A DNA stretch of 64,000 bases from positions 22,066-86,065 of IMG/VR virus record IMGVR_UViG_3300021599_001992; one strand, written 5' to 3'. The notes below the pieces were generated by a model that saw only the letters and a list, made by a program, of their open reading frames with translations, searched no databases and was not told the origin of the DNA. Position numbers and translations under genes: made by a program. The DNA is from a virus. Below, piece after piece: positions 18,985 through 30,750 of this stretch (position 1 is the first letter of the stretch; the number at the start of each line of letters is the position of its first letter).

Positions 18985-21900
18985 ATGCCAAGTTACACAA
19001 GTTTTGAATATACTAAAAGTTTAAGAGACGATCTTCTCAGAAGGACGTTAGATCCCGTATATGGTAATTATGTATCTCCTAAGAGGTTTACAAGAGACAA
19101 CTATCAAGTACAAACACAAAATGACTATTCCAATATAGATTTACCACCAGTAGATTCAAATAGATCAACAGAATTATCTAAACCCAAGTCTTTAAATACT
19201 TTTAAACCTACAGAATATAATATATTTGAAAATTTATCAAATTTACAAAGACGAGCTAACTTACAGTTATATCCTTATTTTACAAAAACAAATGATGGAT
19301 TAATAGGCATACTTACCACCAAATCATATGATAACGAATCTGAATTATTTAAATTTGCTGCTCGTCACATAAAATCAGAAAAAACAGGTCCACTATTATC
19401 AAGAATTGAACAGAATTTATACACCTCTACAGTTGCTAAAGTAAGAATTGCGGATGCATTACAAGGTAATACCACAACATTAGTCAACATATTAAAAGGT
19501 AAAGAACCTTTAATTGAAGGTAATAATAAAATAACGGTGGCAAAAAGTCTACCGGGTAAAGCTATAGATTTTGCACAGACTGTTGCGGGACTTCAATTAC
19601 CATTTACAGAAATACCGGGTGATTATTTATCTAATCCAAGAAATCCTGTTAATGTTAGACCAACACAAACAACTTTAGCAACAAAAGTGTGGCAAGATGT
19701 CACTGGTGTTTTAGGTAGTATTGTGGGTATTGATAGAAGACCACTACCAAGTAGAAAACCATCAGATTTGATGATAGAATATATGGGAAGTGCATCAAAA
19801 AATAGACTTTTTGATTTATTGGCGTACTCAAAGTATGCACCAAATTATACAACTCTTGCAAGATCACAACAGTCAACTAAAATATTTGATATACCAAATG
19901 CATTTGCACAAGGAATTAAAACATTGTTAGGTACGGAGGCACCAAATGGTTTAGCATATATTGGAGATGATAGAGGGAACGATGTTAAAAATGCAACAAC
20001 AGATTTATTTAGTGGAAGAAAAATTAAAAGTAATTACTATCAAACAATTTTATTTGATCCTGAATTATCTAAATTAACAAGACAAACATCTCTTTCTGAA
20101 AAGGGATCGATACCTGGAAATCTAACTTGGATAGGAAAAAAATCAGAAAACAAACTTAATTTATATAGTAATTCAACTAACGAGGAACAAACAAAATTAA
20201 ATGAATCTTTATCTAAAATATTCAAGTTTAGAACTGATAGTATTTTAGAAACAACACAACAAATTTTAGAAACACAACCAAAAGGTGGTGAAGGTAAATC
20301 ACATATTGCCAATGTAATTGACCAAACAAGTAGATTTTTTAAGGAAGGAGATATAATGATATCTAAAGGGTCTGCGGTAAAATATGTTGCAAATGGTAAA
20401 GATATAGGAGTTGAATATGCGAGAGTATGGACTAAAGATAGACCGTATTATAAAATGGCAGATACTATGCCGTTCTATAAAGAAACAGAATCAACACCTT
20501 ATTATAAAAAAACAGAAAGACCATATAGAAGAACTAATGTTAGAAGATTTGATGGTAGTGTTATGTCGGATACATGGAATCTGAATATTGCACCAATGTC
20601 TAACGGGAAAAAAGATTTTTCAAGTTCATCGAATATTTTTAAAATTGAAGGAAGTCAAGAATTTTATGCTAAAAAGTATATGTTATCAATAGAAAACTTA
20701 GCATGGAAGACATCAAATAAAGAATTTTTCACTGTTAATGATTTACCATTTTGCGAAAGAGGACCAAATGGAGGAAGAGTAATGTGGTTTCCACCTTATG
20801 ATTTAAAAGTTAGTGAACAAAACAATGCCACTTGGGATAAGAACGTTTTCTTAGGAAGACCGGAACCAATTTATACATATCAGGGTACAGAAAGAAACGG
20901 ACAACTTTCGTTTAAAATTATTGTTGACCACCCGAGTATATTAAATTTATTAATCCGTGAACATTTTAAAAATATGACGGATGAACAGGCGGATGATTAT
21001 ATTAATGCATATTTTTCTGGTGCTAAAGATATTGATTTTTATAGTTTAATAAGAACATATACAACATTAGATTCATCTGATATACAATTAGTTCAAAGAT
21101 ATCTTGCGTCGGCAAACAAAGAAGAAAATTTAAAAAAGGCACAACAACTAAAACAACAACAAGTAAAAGATGACCCGTCAAGTGTTGAAAATCCTGAAGG
21201 TAAAGATGAAACAATAAAAAAAGATTTTGTTTTAAATTTCATTAAAAATGTTCCATTAGGAAGTGATGAAAAATATAATGGTGATTATGGTGAAGTACCT
21301 GGTAAATTTAGTGTGATAGAAAACTCATATATTGATGAGTTAACAGACGATTTGACACAATTAATTGCAGGAGATAAACCTGAAGATACTCAAGATATGT
21401 TAATAATTTTTGGTAAAGAAAGACTTGAAACATCTGAAATTACACCGGCAACCGAAATAGTTTTAAATAAAGTTAATGAAGTTTTTCAAAATATTAATTC
21501 ACAAATTAATGATTTAGATTCTGTATTGTCGGATATAAAAGATAATTTAGATAAAAGATCATTAAAAGAAATAATTGTTAATATAAATTCATTTACATCT
21601 GATTTATCTGATGACGATGCGTCATATAAATTATCACTAAGAAGAGCACATTCAATAATAAAATATATAGTTAAAAAAATATCTAATTCAGATTCTTCAA
21701 CAATTGATCAAGAATGGACAAATTTTGAAGACAATAGTGTAATTGCAAGAGGTCAACAAATTATAAAAGACATAATAGTACCCTTTAATAAGTTAGGATA
21801 TGTGAATGTTGATGGATCTTTTGTAATAAAAACCGTAAGTCACGGACCAAAATTACAAAATGATTACGATCAAGATTGTCATCAAAAAACATTTAACAAT

Positions 21901-23733
21901 CCAAAATTAAGACAATATACACCAAAATCTTTTGGTTGTAGAAGATCTGCGGTAAAAGTGGAGTATACTAAAATAGTAAAAAAAGAAACACCACCTGCAT
22001 CAAATACAACTATAGTAATAGAACCAACAACAGATACTACTAAACCACCAATTGATGTGATGAAAAGAATAGTAATGAAAACATTAACAGAATGTTACTA
22101 TTTTAAAATGTTAGAGGAAACATCCCCCGTACAGTTCAACACGTTAAGAGAAAAATTAAAATATTTTCATCCGGGATTTCATTCAATGACTCCTGAAGGG
22201 TTAAATGCAAGATTAACATTTTTAAATCAGTGTTTAAGACCTGGTGATACAATACCAGTAAAAGGTCTTGCCGAAACTTCAGATATTAATGCAAGAAATA
22301 CATCTTTTGGTCCACCACCTATTTGTGTATTAAGAGTTGGTGATTTTTATCATTCAAAAATAATCATAAGAGATGTTAATATAACTTTCGATGATGGGGT
22401 TTGGGATTTAAATGCTGATGGAATTGGAGTACAACCAATGATTGCAAGTGTCTCATTACAAATTAATTTTATAGGTGGACACGGATTAGAAAGACCAATT
22501 GAAAGGTTACAAAACGCATTATCCTCAAATTTTTATGCTAATACTGAAATGTATGATGAAAGATCAATTTCAACAGCAACAAAAATTGGAGGTAAAGACG
22601 CGGAAGAATTTACAAAAGAATTTTTAACTGAATTAAATAACGATTACATATCTAAACAAAAATTAAAAGATTCAAACGGAAATACATTTGTAGAGGGAAA
22701 GTATTTTGGAACACTTTCAGGGTCCACATTAGACTATACTACTATGATAGATGAATTATTCACAAATACAGAAGAATATTTCAATTCATACGAAAAGACA
22801 CATGAAATTATATTAGAAAAATATGGATCAGATGTTGGTAGATTACTATTACATCCTGATTACAGAACAACAAAAACATTAGATGTTGAGAATGGATCAA
22901 CAGGAACATCTGTTGAATTATTTGGTATAACATCAAATAATTTTAGTATACCCTCTACATTAGATTCTTTGAGATTAAAATTTATTAGTGAAATTTTTAC
23001 AAATGAAAATCTTGCAACATTAATGACACTAAACGAAGTTATACCAAGTGATAAACTACAAAATGTAGATGATGTTTTATATCAAGAATATAACTTTGAT
23101 CAAAAATTTTCTGACATATTATTAGGAGTTTTTAGTGATTTTGAAAGTACAATAAAAGATGTTGAAAAAAATAGAAATAAAATTATAAAGACAATTGACG
23201 AATTAAACTATGTAGTAAAAAATAGTTTTGATGTAAAATTCCAAGACAATAATTCTACTAAAGCAGTTTTATCTGCTTTCACACCTTCAGATTTTTATAA
23301 AAATTATGACAATTGTATTGAGGAAATAAAAAAGAACGCACCTAAATTTTATTCTAAAATAGATAGTACGTTAGATTTTAAAAATCTTAGTTCAATAACT
23401 AACGATCAAAAGAGTATAATTATTGCACAATTAACTTCAAAATTAGAAGAAGAAATTTATAATATATTAGTTGAAAAATTACCATTATACAGTATTGAAG
23501 TTAGTGAGGAAATGAAAAGACAAATAAAAAGACAACTTAATAGGTTTTATAGTAAGAATAAAGTAAAAAATACAAATTTAAGAATACCTAAATTAAGAAA
23601 AAGAAGAAACGATAAAAAAATTTCATATTCAGTTAGTTTACAAGATACTATCACAACAACCGATGAAATTAAAAAATTATTTTCTACACAAAATTCAGTT
23701 ACAAATAAACTAAATTATTATAGAGTGATATGA
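18985..23733 (+). CDS. Large baseplate/tail-tube-initiator-like protein with an embedded OmpA-like domain
   Basis: WDKNVFLGRPEPIYTY and PPICVLRVGDFYHSKIII (tube-initiator-like halves) flank SFTS...YKLSLRRAHSI...CRRSAV (OmpA-like). Confidence 0.55.
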   Translation: MPSYTSFEYTKSLRDDLLRRTLDPVYGNYVSPKRFTRDNYQVQTQNDYSNIDLPPVDSNRSTELSKPKSLNTFKPTEYNIFENLSNLQRRANLQLYPYFTKTNDGLIGILTTKSYDNESELFKFAARHIKSEKTGPLLSRIEQNLYTSTVAKVRIADALQGNTTTLVNILKGKEPLIEGNNKITVAKSLPGKAIDFAQTVAGLQLPFTEIPGDYLSNPRNPVNVRPTQTTLATKVWQDVTGVLGSIVGIDRRPLPSRKPSDLMIEYMGSASKNRLFDLLAYSKYAPNYTTLARSQQSTKIFDIPNAFAQGIKTLLGTEAPNGLAYIGDDRGNDVKNATTDLFSGRKIKSNYYQTILFDPELSKLTRQTSLSEKGSIPGNLTWIGKKSENKLNLYSNSTNEEQTKLNESLSKIFKFRTDSILETTQQILETQPKGGEGKSHIANVIDQTSRFFKEGDIMISKGSAVKYVANGKDIGVEYARVWTKDRPYYKMADTMPFYKETESTPYYKKTERPYRRTNVRRFDGSVMSDTWNLNIAPMSNGKKDFSSSSNIFKIEGSQEFYAKKYMLSIENLAWKTSNKEFFTVNDLPFCERGPNGGRVMWFPPYDLKVSEQNNATWDKNVFLGRPEPIYTYQGTERNGQLSFKIIVDHPSILNLLIREHFKNMTDEQADDYINAYFSGAKDIDFYSLIRTYTTLDSSDIQLVQRYLASANKEENLKKAQQLKQQQVKDDPSSVENPEGKDETIKKDFVLNFIKNVPLGSDEKYNGDYGEVPGKFSVIENSYIDELTDDLTQLIAGDKPEDTQDMLIIFGKERLETSEITPATEIVLNKVNEVFQNINSQINDLDSVLSDIKDNLDKRSLKEIIVNINSFTSDLSDDDASYKLSLRRAHSIIKYIVKKISNSDSSTIDQEWTNFEDNSVIARGQQIIKDIIVPFNKLGYVNVDGSFVIKTVSHGPKLQNDYDQDCHQKTFNNPKLRQYTPKSFGCRRSAVKVEYTKIVKKETPPASNTTIVIEPTTDTTKPPIDVMKRIVMKTLTECYYFKMLEETSPVQFNTLREKLKYFHPGFHSMTPEGLNARLTFLNQCLRPGDTIPVKGLAETSDINARNTSFGPPPICVLRVGDFYHSKIIIRDVNITFDDGVWDLNADGIGVQPMIASVSLQINFIGGHGLERPIERLQNALSSNFYANTEMYDERSISTATKIGGKDAEEFTKEFLTELNNDYISKQKLKDSNGNTFVEGKYFGTLSGSTLDYTTMIDELFTNTEEYFNSYEKTHEIILEKYGSDVGRLLLHPDYRTTKTLDVENGSTGTSVELFGITSNNFSIPSTLDSLRLKFISEIFTNENLATLMTLNEVIPSDKLQNVDDVLYQEYNFDQKFSDILLGVFSDFESTIKDVEKNRNKIIKTIDELNYVVKNSFDVKFQDNNSTKAVLSAFTPSDFYKNYDNCIEEIKKNAPKFYSKIDSTLDFKNLSSITNDQKSIIIAQLTSKLEEEIYNILVEKLPLYSIEVSEEMKRQIKRQLNRFYSKNKVKNTNLRIPKLRKRRNDKKISYSVSLQDTITTTDEIKKLFSTQNSVTNKLNYYRVI

Positions 23734-24056
23734 GTAGACAATATTATGATAGATATGAATTCTTTGAAAAAGACGGATCATTTAATGTGGTGCCAGGAAT
23801 TGATTTACCATTTAAAGGAACCGATAAATACATTCAAATGAAGAGAGGTAAAGATAGATTTGATAAACTATCTCAAGAATATTACGGTTCACCATTATAT
23901 GGATGGTTAATTCAATTAGCAAATCCTTCTGTTAATAGTGTTGAATTTGAAATACCTGATAATACTTTTATAAGAATACCATATCCTTTAATTACGACTT
24001 TACAAGATTATAAAAGAGGTGTAGAATTGTACAGATTATATTATGGACAGGATTGA
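23730..24056 (+). CDS. Baseplate wedge LysM-like protein (gp53/tail X-like)
   Basis: DRFDKLSQEYYGSPLYGWLIQLANP...IRIP. Confidence 0.75.
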   Translation: MSRQYYDRYEFFEKDGSFNVVPGIDLPFKGTDKYIQMKRGKDRFDKLSQEYYGSPLYGWLIQLANPSVNSVEFEIPDNTFIRIPYPLITTLQDYKRGVELYRLYYGQD

Positions 24057-27000
24057 TAATAAAAACGAAGAAATTCTTATTAAGGTTGATCAAAATAATT
24101 TGATTTATATTGATCCAAATAGCGTGGTTGATGAAACGGGATTGGTATATCCAAGAAATCTTAACCAAGAAAAATTAGTAATGTATGCTAATTTAGAGGC
24201 AGATATTGTACCGAGGTCAAATCTTGTTGCTGGAAATGACAAAAATACACTTACAAGTATTGCAAAAGGTACTTTGAATTTTCTAAAAAATCAAGAAGGT
24301 GAAGATTACGACACAAATTGGACTGATTCATATTCGGAATATAGAGAAAAAACAAAAAAAGTTGATGGGAAAATAGTATCTACAGGTGAATTTTATCAAT
24401 CAGACACAACTGGTCAATCTTTTGGAATTGACACTATAAAAGTTGATATAAAAGGAGCAAATTCAATACCACAAGTACAGATAAATTTTATTGATGTAAG
24501 AGGAAAGACATTATTTGAATCACCCGAAAATTCACCATATAGAGCATTCTTTCATGTCCCTTGGCCAATATTTTATTTAACTCTTAAAGGGTACTTTGGA
24601 AAGGCAATTAGATATAGATTACATTTAGTAAAATTCACATCAAAGTTTAACGAGTCTAATGGTAATTTTGAAGTACAGACTACATTTGTAGGATCAACGT
24701 ATGCATATCTTTCAGATATAACATTACAAGGAATTTTGAATGCTCCGTATATGTACATAAAAGATACAATAAGTGATAAAATTTTTAATCCAAATACCCA
24801 ACTATATGATCAAAAAGCATCAAAATCATCTAAAGGTTATTCGATATTAAAAAGTGTATATAGTGAATATAAAGCTAAAGGTCTTCTTAATGAAAATTTT
24901 CCAGTAAAAACACTAAGAGAACTTGTACTCAATGCTCAGTCTTTAGACAAAATATTAGAACAAGAAATTTTTGGTAAGTATGTTGACATGAGCATATTTG
25001 CAGCATTAAAAAAGTTTGAAACAGACATTATCAATTTTGAAAAATCTGTTAAAGCATGGGGAGGTAAAAATTTAGATAGGAAAACAGGTCTTAGTTTAGG
25101 TAATTCAACAGATGAAGAAAGTAAGGTGTTTTATCCATTGAAAGAAAATAAAAACAGTTTAGACTTAGTAACAGGAGACACTAAAAATGGTGCATTGGAA
25201 CAATTAATTGTTTCATATACAACAAAACTTTCAGAAAGTAATTTATTAGCAAGTAATATTTTAAATAAAACAAGTTCGGTGTTCTCAAAGGGTAGTATGA
25301 AATTGAACACCAAAATTCAAAAAATAGGTGATTACTATAAAACAACAGATAACGGTGCTGTCTATGTCGGTATAAATCTTTTGGTAAATGACATTAGAGA
25401 TGTTAACAAAAGTTTTAATGAACAAAAAGAAAAATTGGAAACGGATGTTGAATCCAAAATGAATGAAATAGTAAAAGACCCATCTAAAGGAATCGGGTTC
25501 GAACCTACAGTTAGAAATATATTTGCGGTAATTTTAGCAAACACCGATACATACATAAGATTACATAAAGATGTTCACCAAAGAGCCATTGATGTTGGAA
25601 ATGAAAGAAAAAAAATTATAAAAAGTTTTACAGACGAAACACCCGGAGAACCAATTTATCCTTGGCCTGAAATTAAAAAAAACGCAGACAAATCAAAACA
25701 AAAAGTAATTGCTTACCCTGGTGAAACAAGTTTAAAAGACAAACTAAAATCATACGATTCTAAACTTTGGCCTGAAGTAGAGTTTGTTGAAAATTTTGTA
25801 TCGGTAGCAACTCAAAAAGACGACCCAAGTTCAGAAGAATCAAATTCAGGTGTTAATTTTATTTTTGAAACGGATTTAGATAAAACAAAAATTGGTTCGA
25901 TAAATACATTATTATCCTTAAGTAAAATAATACCATATGTAGATAAAACACAAGCAGGATTTTTATATGAAATGTGGGAAAGAAGTTTTAATACATTAAT
26001 GTTTGAATCATATAATAATGAAATTATAAAAAGATTAGCTAATATTGAATATGAATCAATACAAGAATCAATCAAAGAAGATCAAGATTTAATAAAATTA
26101 CTTATAAAAAAATCAAGAAGTTTAAGTGATTTAAAAAACGTATTAAAAGAAATTGCACCAATACAAAAATATCTTTACTACGAAGATCAATTACCATCAA
26201 CACAATATATTCAAGAATTAATTGAAAATCCATATAACATTGAACAATATGAACCTAAACCACAATCAACAAAATTAAATGATGATTATGATAGATTAAG
26301 TAAAGAATTGGAAAACTTTAGTGTTGAAAATTATAGACAACACATGTTTCCATTTAATGCAACTAATTACTTAAAATATGTAAATGACCCTCAATTCACT
26401 AAAAAAGAAAATAGGTATAATTTTAATAATTACTTTTCAGTAAACTTATCACAGGGTTTTATATCTGGTATAATTGATCCTAATTTGTGGGTAAATGGTA
26501 ACTATTTTAAACAAAATATATTTGGCAGAGGTTTAACTATCGATGATACATTCATTAATATTTTAAACACACCATATTTCCATAATCAACTATATTCAGA
26601 TTTTAAATCAAATACAAATATTACAGGGAAATACGCTGGATCTGCATATCTTTTATTAAATTCATTACCATTTGTTGATTTAGAAACAAAATTTGATCAT
26701 ACATTAAGTAACGGTAAAAAGATTGAAAATTTAACAGTTTCACATGTTTTCAGAGAATTAAGTGCAAGTCATTATATTCCATATCATTTAATGTTAAAAT
26801 GGGGATCAATTTATCATAGATATAAAAAATATATTAAAGAAGGAATTGATATATTAGGTGAACATATACCAACCCAAAGAACAGGTTTTATTGATTCATC
26901 GAATAATGTAATACCTGTTGACGCAGATTTATTATTTAACAACTATGGTACTGAAACATTTAGTATTAGTGGATATTCAGTAAATAATACAAGTAAAGAT

Positions 27001-29853
27001 GTTGGAATTTATCCATTTTATCAATCAGTATATTCACAAATAGTGAATGGATATAATCATTACGAAGTGTTGTCGGGTGCAACTTCATACACAGGTAACA
27101 CAGTAAATGGTTCAATTATTCATAATATTAGATTTGGAACATTAAATGAATTAAGATATTGGACGGTATTAACTGACAATGAAAAATTTGGGACTGATAA
27201 ATCGTATACACTTCTACCATGTGATGGTGGAAATGAATATATAGATTTAAAAAATACACCAAATTTAATGAACAATGCAGATACCTTAGATAGAGGTAAA
27301 CAAATATACTATAGAACAATATGGTCCGATAATGATTATATTAATAATGATTTTAGTGGTAAAACATTCTCTTCTTATTCGGAATATCAAAGAGGATTTG
27401 TTGGTAGCGGCGCAACTACTGATGATAGATTTGAAATGACAAAAAATTATAGAAAAATCTATGATCTAATTGCAACATTTAGTCCTAAAATATTAGATGA
27501 GTTTGAATCGATGTTTTTGGAATTCTCGTCTGCAAAAACACAACAAAATTTACAAATAATTGATTTTAACAGAGTACAATATTATAAATTTCAAGATTTA
27601 TTAAAAGCAATTAGTAACATAGAAAAAAAATCCGATGATAGTAATCTAACATTATCTGAACTATTTACAGAACTAAGAAATAGACAAAATCTTAAACTCG
27701 AATATATCACCAAAAAAATATTATCAAATGATAATTTAATAAAATTAACAATTGGTAACTCTAAAGAATACGATACACATGTTTTACATGGATTTACAAA
27801 AATATCAAATACAGGTAGATTTGTGACAGGTGATTTTACGACATCACAATTAAATACACAAACACAAAATTTAATTAAATTATATGTAGGAGAAAATCCT
27901 GAATCATTATTAGCAACGAATTTATATGAAAACTTTTTCTTAACAAATAACATTGAAGTAAATGAACAAAATATATTAACATTTAGACCGTTAATTTATT
28001 TGTATTCAGGATTTGTCAACAAAAAAATTGAAGAATTAGGATCGTACACACCAACTAATGATGATTTCATAAATTACTTAAAGACAAATATTTTTGAAAA
28101 AAATTATAACGACAATCCATTTGATAGCAAAGGGTTTAATCAGAAAATAGATTTATACTTCTCAACTCTAACAAATAACTTTAAAAAACTAAGAGAAAAA
28201 AGAGAAGAGGATTTAACAATACTTGGTGGATATAATAACGATCCATTAAAAATTGAATTATATAATACGTTTAAATCGTTCAATGATAAGTGGATTGCCG
28301 GTAACTCTATTGGACAAAGAGTGTTGTTAGATGAATTTCTATTTTTAGATAGAGCAAATAGAGACATTGGAGACAGATATTATTTCAATTTAGATAGGAT
28401 CGCACAATTAGACGATAAAAAAAATAAAAAACAAAGTCTTTACGGGTTAATATCAATTCTTTTAGATAAAACAGGATTTGATATGAGACCATTACCTGCA
28501 TATGTTAATTTTTACGGAACTAATTTTTCATCTAAACCAAAATTAACACCATCTAAAAAAGTTGCGGAAAACATATTCGGTACATTTTTAGATGTTGATT
28601 ATCAAGAATCGTCACCTAAAATTATTATTCAATATATTGGTAACACATCTAAGAGACCTGATATGTCGAGTGAAAAATATAATTTTACTGATGATAGTTT
28701 TAACATTGCGAATACAAATAACAATCCTATTTTAATCACAACACCAGAAGTTTTTAGAATTGGTGAACTATCCAAATCAAACAAAGCGGTTGCGTTTGAA
28801 ATAAGTTTTGGAGATCAAAATCAAAGTATATTCAAAACCATTCAACTCGATCAACAATCAATTAAAAATACATCTGAATCCTTTGCGGTTTTAGAAAATT
28901 TAGGTAGATCTGAAAGTGGTGCAGGTGCATATAATGTAGACGTAAGTTTATATGATTATTATAAAACGGCATCATATAGTTGTTCAGTTACATGTATGGG
29001 GAATGTAATGATACAACCGACTATGTTCTTCTATTTAAAAAATGTACCCATGTTCAGAGGTACATATTGGATTACTGAAGTTTCACATAATATAAAAAAT
29101 AATAATATAGTAACTTCTTTTAAAGGTACAAGAATTCCATATACTAATTTACCCGACCCAAAAGATTCATTCTTATCAAGTTATAGAGTATTCTTTGATA
29201 AGTTAATGAAAAAAGCGGTAAGTAGAGTGGATGCAAATAGTAAAACAAATACATCGACAACAAAAAACATAACAGTAGACGGAATAAACTACTCTGTGGA
29301 TATTATTAAACAATTACCAAATGAAAATTTTGTATCGGCATCTTCTTTAACAAGTTACGGTATTCCATTTAATGGATTCAATAACGAGAGATACATTCAA
29401 ATGGTTAACCATGATGGTAAGGATTGGTTGAGAGCTGCGGTTGTGATGATGGGAGGTTCAAATTATTCTATTTCACCAAATACGCACATGTCATTGATTG
29501 ATAAATTATCAGAAACCACACCATTTACTATAATAAAACCCAAAGAATTATTATGGAAAGACATACAAAATTCGGGTCAATTATTTTATTCAAGTAAATT
29601 TAAATTAGGTGGTGCGGTTACGGCTAATAGTATTTTACAATTAAAAACACTATTTTATAATCCACAAACAAAAGGACCGATATACACACTCGAATCTGAT
29701 TTTCAACTTGATGAAGATGCTGGACCAAGAAGATTTAAAGGACCTATCGATGTCGGACCAACAGGAATATATGGAATTGCAATGTCAAAAGAATTAATGA
29801 AAGAATTGAATATAGATAAAGAGGGTGATATTATATATTTCAGACTTGAGTAG
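24043..29853 (+). CDS. Very large baseplate hub-like protein (gp27-like)
   Basis: 1936 aa. N-terminal INFIDVRGKTLF...YLTLKGYFG and late SVTCMGNVMIQPTMFFYL...GTYWITEVSHNI hub-type motifs; follows the LysM gene. Confidence 0.55.
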   Translation: MDRIDNKNEEILIKVDQNNLIYIDPNSVVDETGLVYPRNLNQEKLVMYANLEADIVPRSNLVAGNDKNTLTSIAKGTLNFLKNQEGEDYDTNWTDSYSEYREKTKKVDGKIVSTGEFYQSDTTGQSFGIDTIKVDIKGANSIPQVQINFIDVRGKTLFESPENSPYRAFFHVPWPIFYLTLKGYFGKAIRYRLHLVKFTSKFNESNGNFEVQTTFVGSTYAYLSDITLQGILNAPYMYIKDTISDKIFNPNTQLYDQKASKSSKGYSILKSVYSEYKAKGLLNENFPVKTLRELVLNAQSLDKILEQEIFGKYVDMSIFAALKKFETDIINFEKSVKAWGGKNLDRKTGLSLGNSTDEESKVFYPLKENKNSLDLVTGDTKNGALEQLIVSYTTKLSESNLLASNILNKTSSVFSKGSMKLNTKIQKIGDYYKTTDNGAVYVGINLLVNDIRDVNKSFNEQKEKLETDVESKMNEIVKDPSKGIGFEPTVRNIFAVILANTDTYIRLHKDVHQRAIDVGNERKKIIKSFTDETPGEPIYPWPEIKKNADKSKQKVIAYPGETSLKDKLKSYDSKLWPEVEFVENFVSVATQKDDPSSEESNSGVNFIFETDLDKTKIGSINTLLSLSKIIPYVDKTQAGFLYEMWERSFNTLMFESYNNEIIKRLANIEYESIQESIKEDQDLIKLLIKKSRSLSDLKNVLKEIAPIQKYLYYEDQLPSTQYIQELIENPYNIEQYEPKPQSTKLNDDYDRLSKELENFSVENYRQHMFPFNATNYLKYVNDPQFTKKENRYNFNNYFSVNLSQGFISGIIDPNLWVNGNYFKQNIFGRGLTIDDTFINILNTPYFHNQLYSDFKSNTNITGKYAGSAYLLLNSLPFVDLETKFDHTLSNGKKIENLTVSHVFRELSASHYIPYHLMLKWGSIYHRYKKYIKEGIDILGEHIPTQRTGFIDSSNNVIPVDADLLFNNYGTETFSISGYSVNNTSKDVGIYPFYQSVYSQIVNGYNHYEVLSGATSYTGNTVNGSIIHNIRFGTLNELRYWTVLTDNEKFGTDKSYTLLPCDGGNEYIDLKNTPNLMNNADTLDRGKQIYYRTIWSDNDYINNDFSGKTFSSYSEYQRGFVGSGATTDDRFEMTKNYRKIYDLIATFSPKILDEFESMFLEFSSAKTQQNLQIIDFNRVQYYKFQDLLKAISNIEKKSDDSNLTLSELFTELRNRQNLKLEYITKKILSNDNLIKLTIGNSKEYDTHVLHGFTKISNTGRFVTGDFTTSQLNTQTQNLIKLYVGENPESLLATNLYENFFLTNNIEVNEQNILTFRPLIYLYSGFVNKKIEELGSYTPTNDDFINYLKTNIFEKNYNDNPFDSKGFNQKIDLYFSTLTNNFKKLREKREEDLTILGGYNNDPLKIELYNTFKSFNDKWIAGNSIGQRVLLDEFLFLDRANRDIGDRYYFNLDRIAQLDDKKNKKQSLYGLISILLDKTGFDMRPLPAYVNFYGTNFSSKPKLTPSKKVAENIFGTFLDVDYQESSPKIIIQYIGNTSKRPDMSSEKYNFTDDSFNIANTNNNPILITTPEVFRIGELSKSNKAVAFEISFGDQNQSIFKTIQLDQQSIKNTSESFAVLENLGRSESGAGAYNVDVSLYDYYKTASYSCSVTCMGNVMIQPTMFFYLKNVPMFRGTYWITEVSHNIKNNNIVTSFKGTRIPYTNLPDPKDSFLSSYRVFFDKLMKKAVSRVDANSKTNTSTTKNITVDGINYSVDIIKQLPNENFVSASSLTSYGIPFNGFNNERYIQMVNHDGKDWLRAAVVMMGGSNYSISPNTHMSLIDKLSETTPFTIIKPKELLWKDIQNSGQLFYSSKFKLGGAVTANSILQLKTLFYNPQTKGPIYTLESDFQLDEDAGPRRFKGPIDVGPTGIYGIAMSKELMKELNIDKEGDIIYFRLE

Positions 29854-29891
29854 AAAAATACATTTATTTAGATATTTATTATAAAAAAACT

Positions 29892-30095
29892 ATGAGTAAC
29901 TTAAATATACATAATTCTTTGGATCAATTTTTAAATCCTAAGAAATATAAGGTTATTTCTAATGACAGTATGTCTCAAGAAGTTTGTGATTTACAAACAG
30001 GTGAATGTTATGTTATTAGATCTAAAGATGGTATAGTGGAAAGAATAAATAAAAAATATATTACCGAAGACGGTAGACAACCTTTACAAGATTAA
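29892..30095 (+). CDS. Hypothetical protein
   Basis: 67-aa ORF preceded by TATTTAT. Confidence 0.6.
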   Translation: MSNLNIHNSLDQFLNPKKYKVISNDSMSQEVCDLQTGECYVIRSKDGIVERINKKYITEDGRQPLQD

Positions 30096-30099
30096 TACT

Positions 30100-30750
30100 A
30101 TGAGCTTAGAAAAAAAATTACACGAAGAATTACAGCGTTATAAGGAAATTAACAACTACACTAAGAAATTAGTAGTAGAACAAGACGCACCTCCTCCCCC
30201 TCCCCCTGTTGGTGGTGAACCAACAGACGCAGCGGCGGATACCGGAGGATTAGATACACCCCCACCACCACCTCCATCTGGTGGAATGGATACCCCTCCA
30301 TCATCTTTAGGTGAAACCACACCTTCAGATACCGAAGAAATAGATATTACTGATTTAGTTAATATGACTAAAAGTATTAAAAAGGATATCGAAGATAATA
30401 AACAAGAACACGGAACTGTTTTAAGTCAGATGGATGCGGTGTTTTCTAAATTAGATGATTTAGAAGCTAAATTGGGTCAAATGGATTCAGTTATAGCTAA
30501 AATAGACGAATTGGGATCTAAGGTTCAAGATATGAAACCTCATACACCACAAGAAAAACTTGAATTGAGATCATTGGATTCTTATCCATTTAACCAAAAA
30601 CCTCAAGAATTTTTTGCACAAAAGCAAGGCGAAATGCAAATGACCGGTAAAAATGAATACGTATTAACAAAAGATGATGTTGAAAACTATTCAAAAACCA
30701 TAACACAAACATTTAATCCCGAATTAGAAAAAGATGAATTTAAATTCTAA
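30100..30750 (+). CDS. Hypothetical acidic poly-Pro/coiled-coil protein, possible internal head protein
   Basis: LHEELQRYKEINNY...EQ N-terminus, two poly-Pro runs, coiled coil. Confidence 0.45.
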   Translation: MSLEKKLHEELQRYKEINNYTKKLVVEQDAPPPPPPVGGEPTDAAADTGGLDTPPPPPPSGGMDTPPSSLGETTPSDTEEIDITDLVNMTKSIKKDIEDNKQEHGTVLSQMDAVFSKLDDLEAKLGQMDSVIAKIDELGSKVQDMKPHTPQEKLELRSLDSYPFNQKPQEFFAQKQGEMQMTGKNEYVLTKDDVENYSKTITQTFNPELEKDEFKF

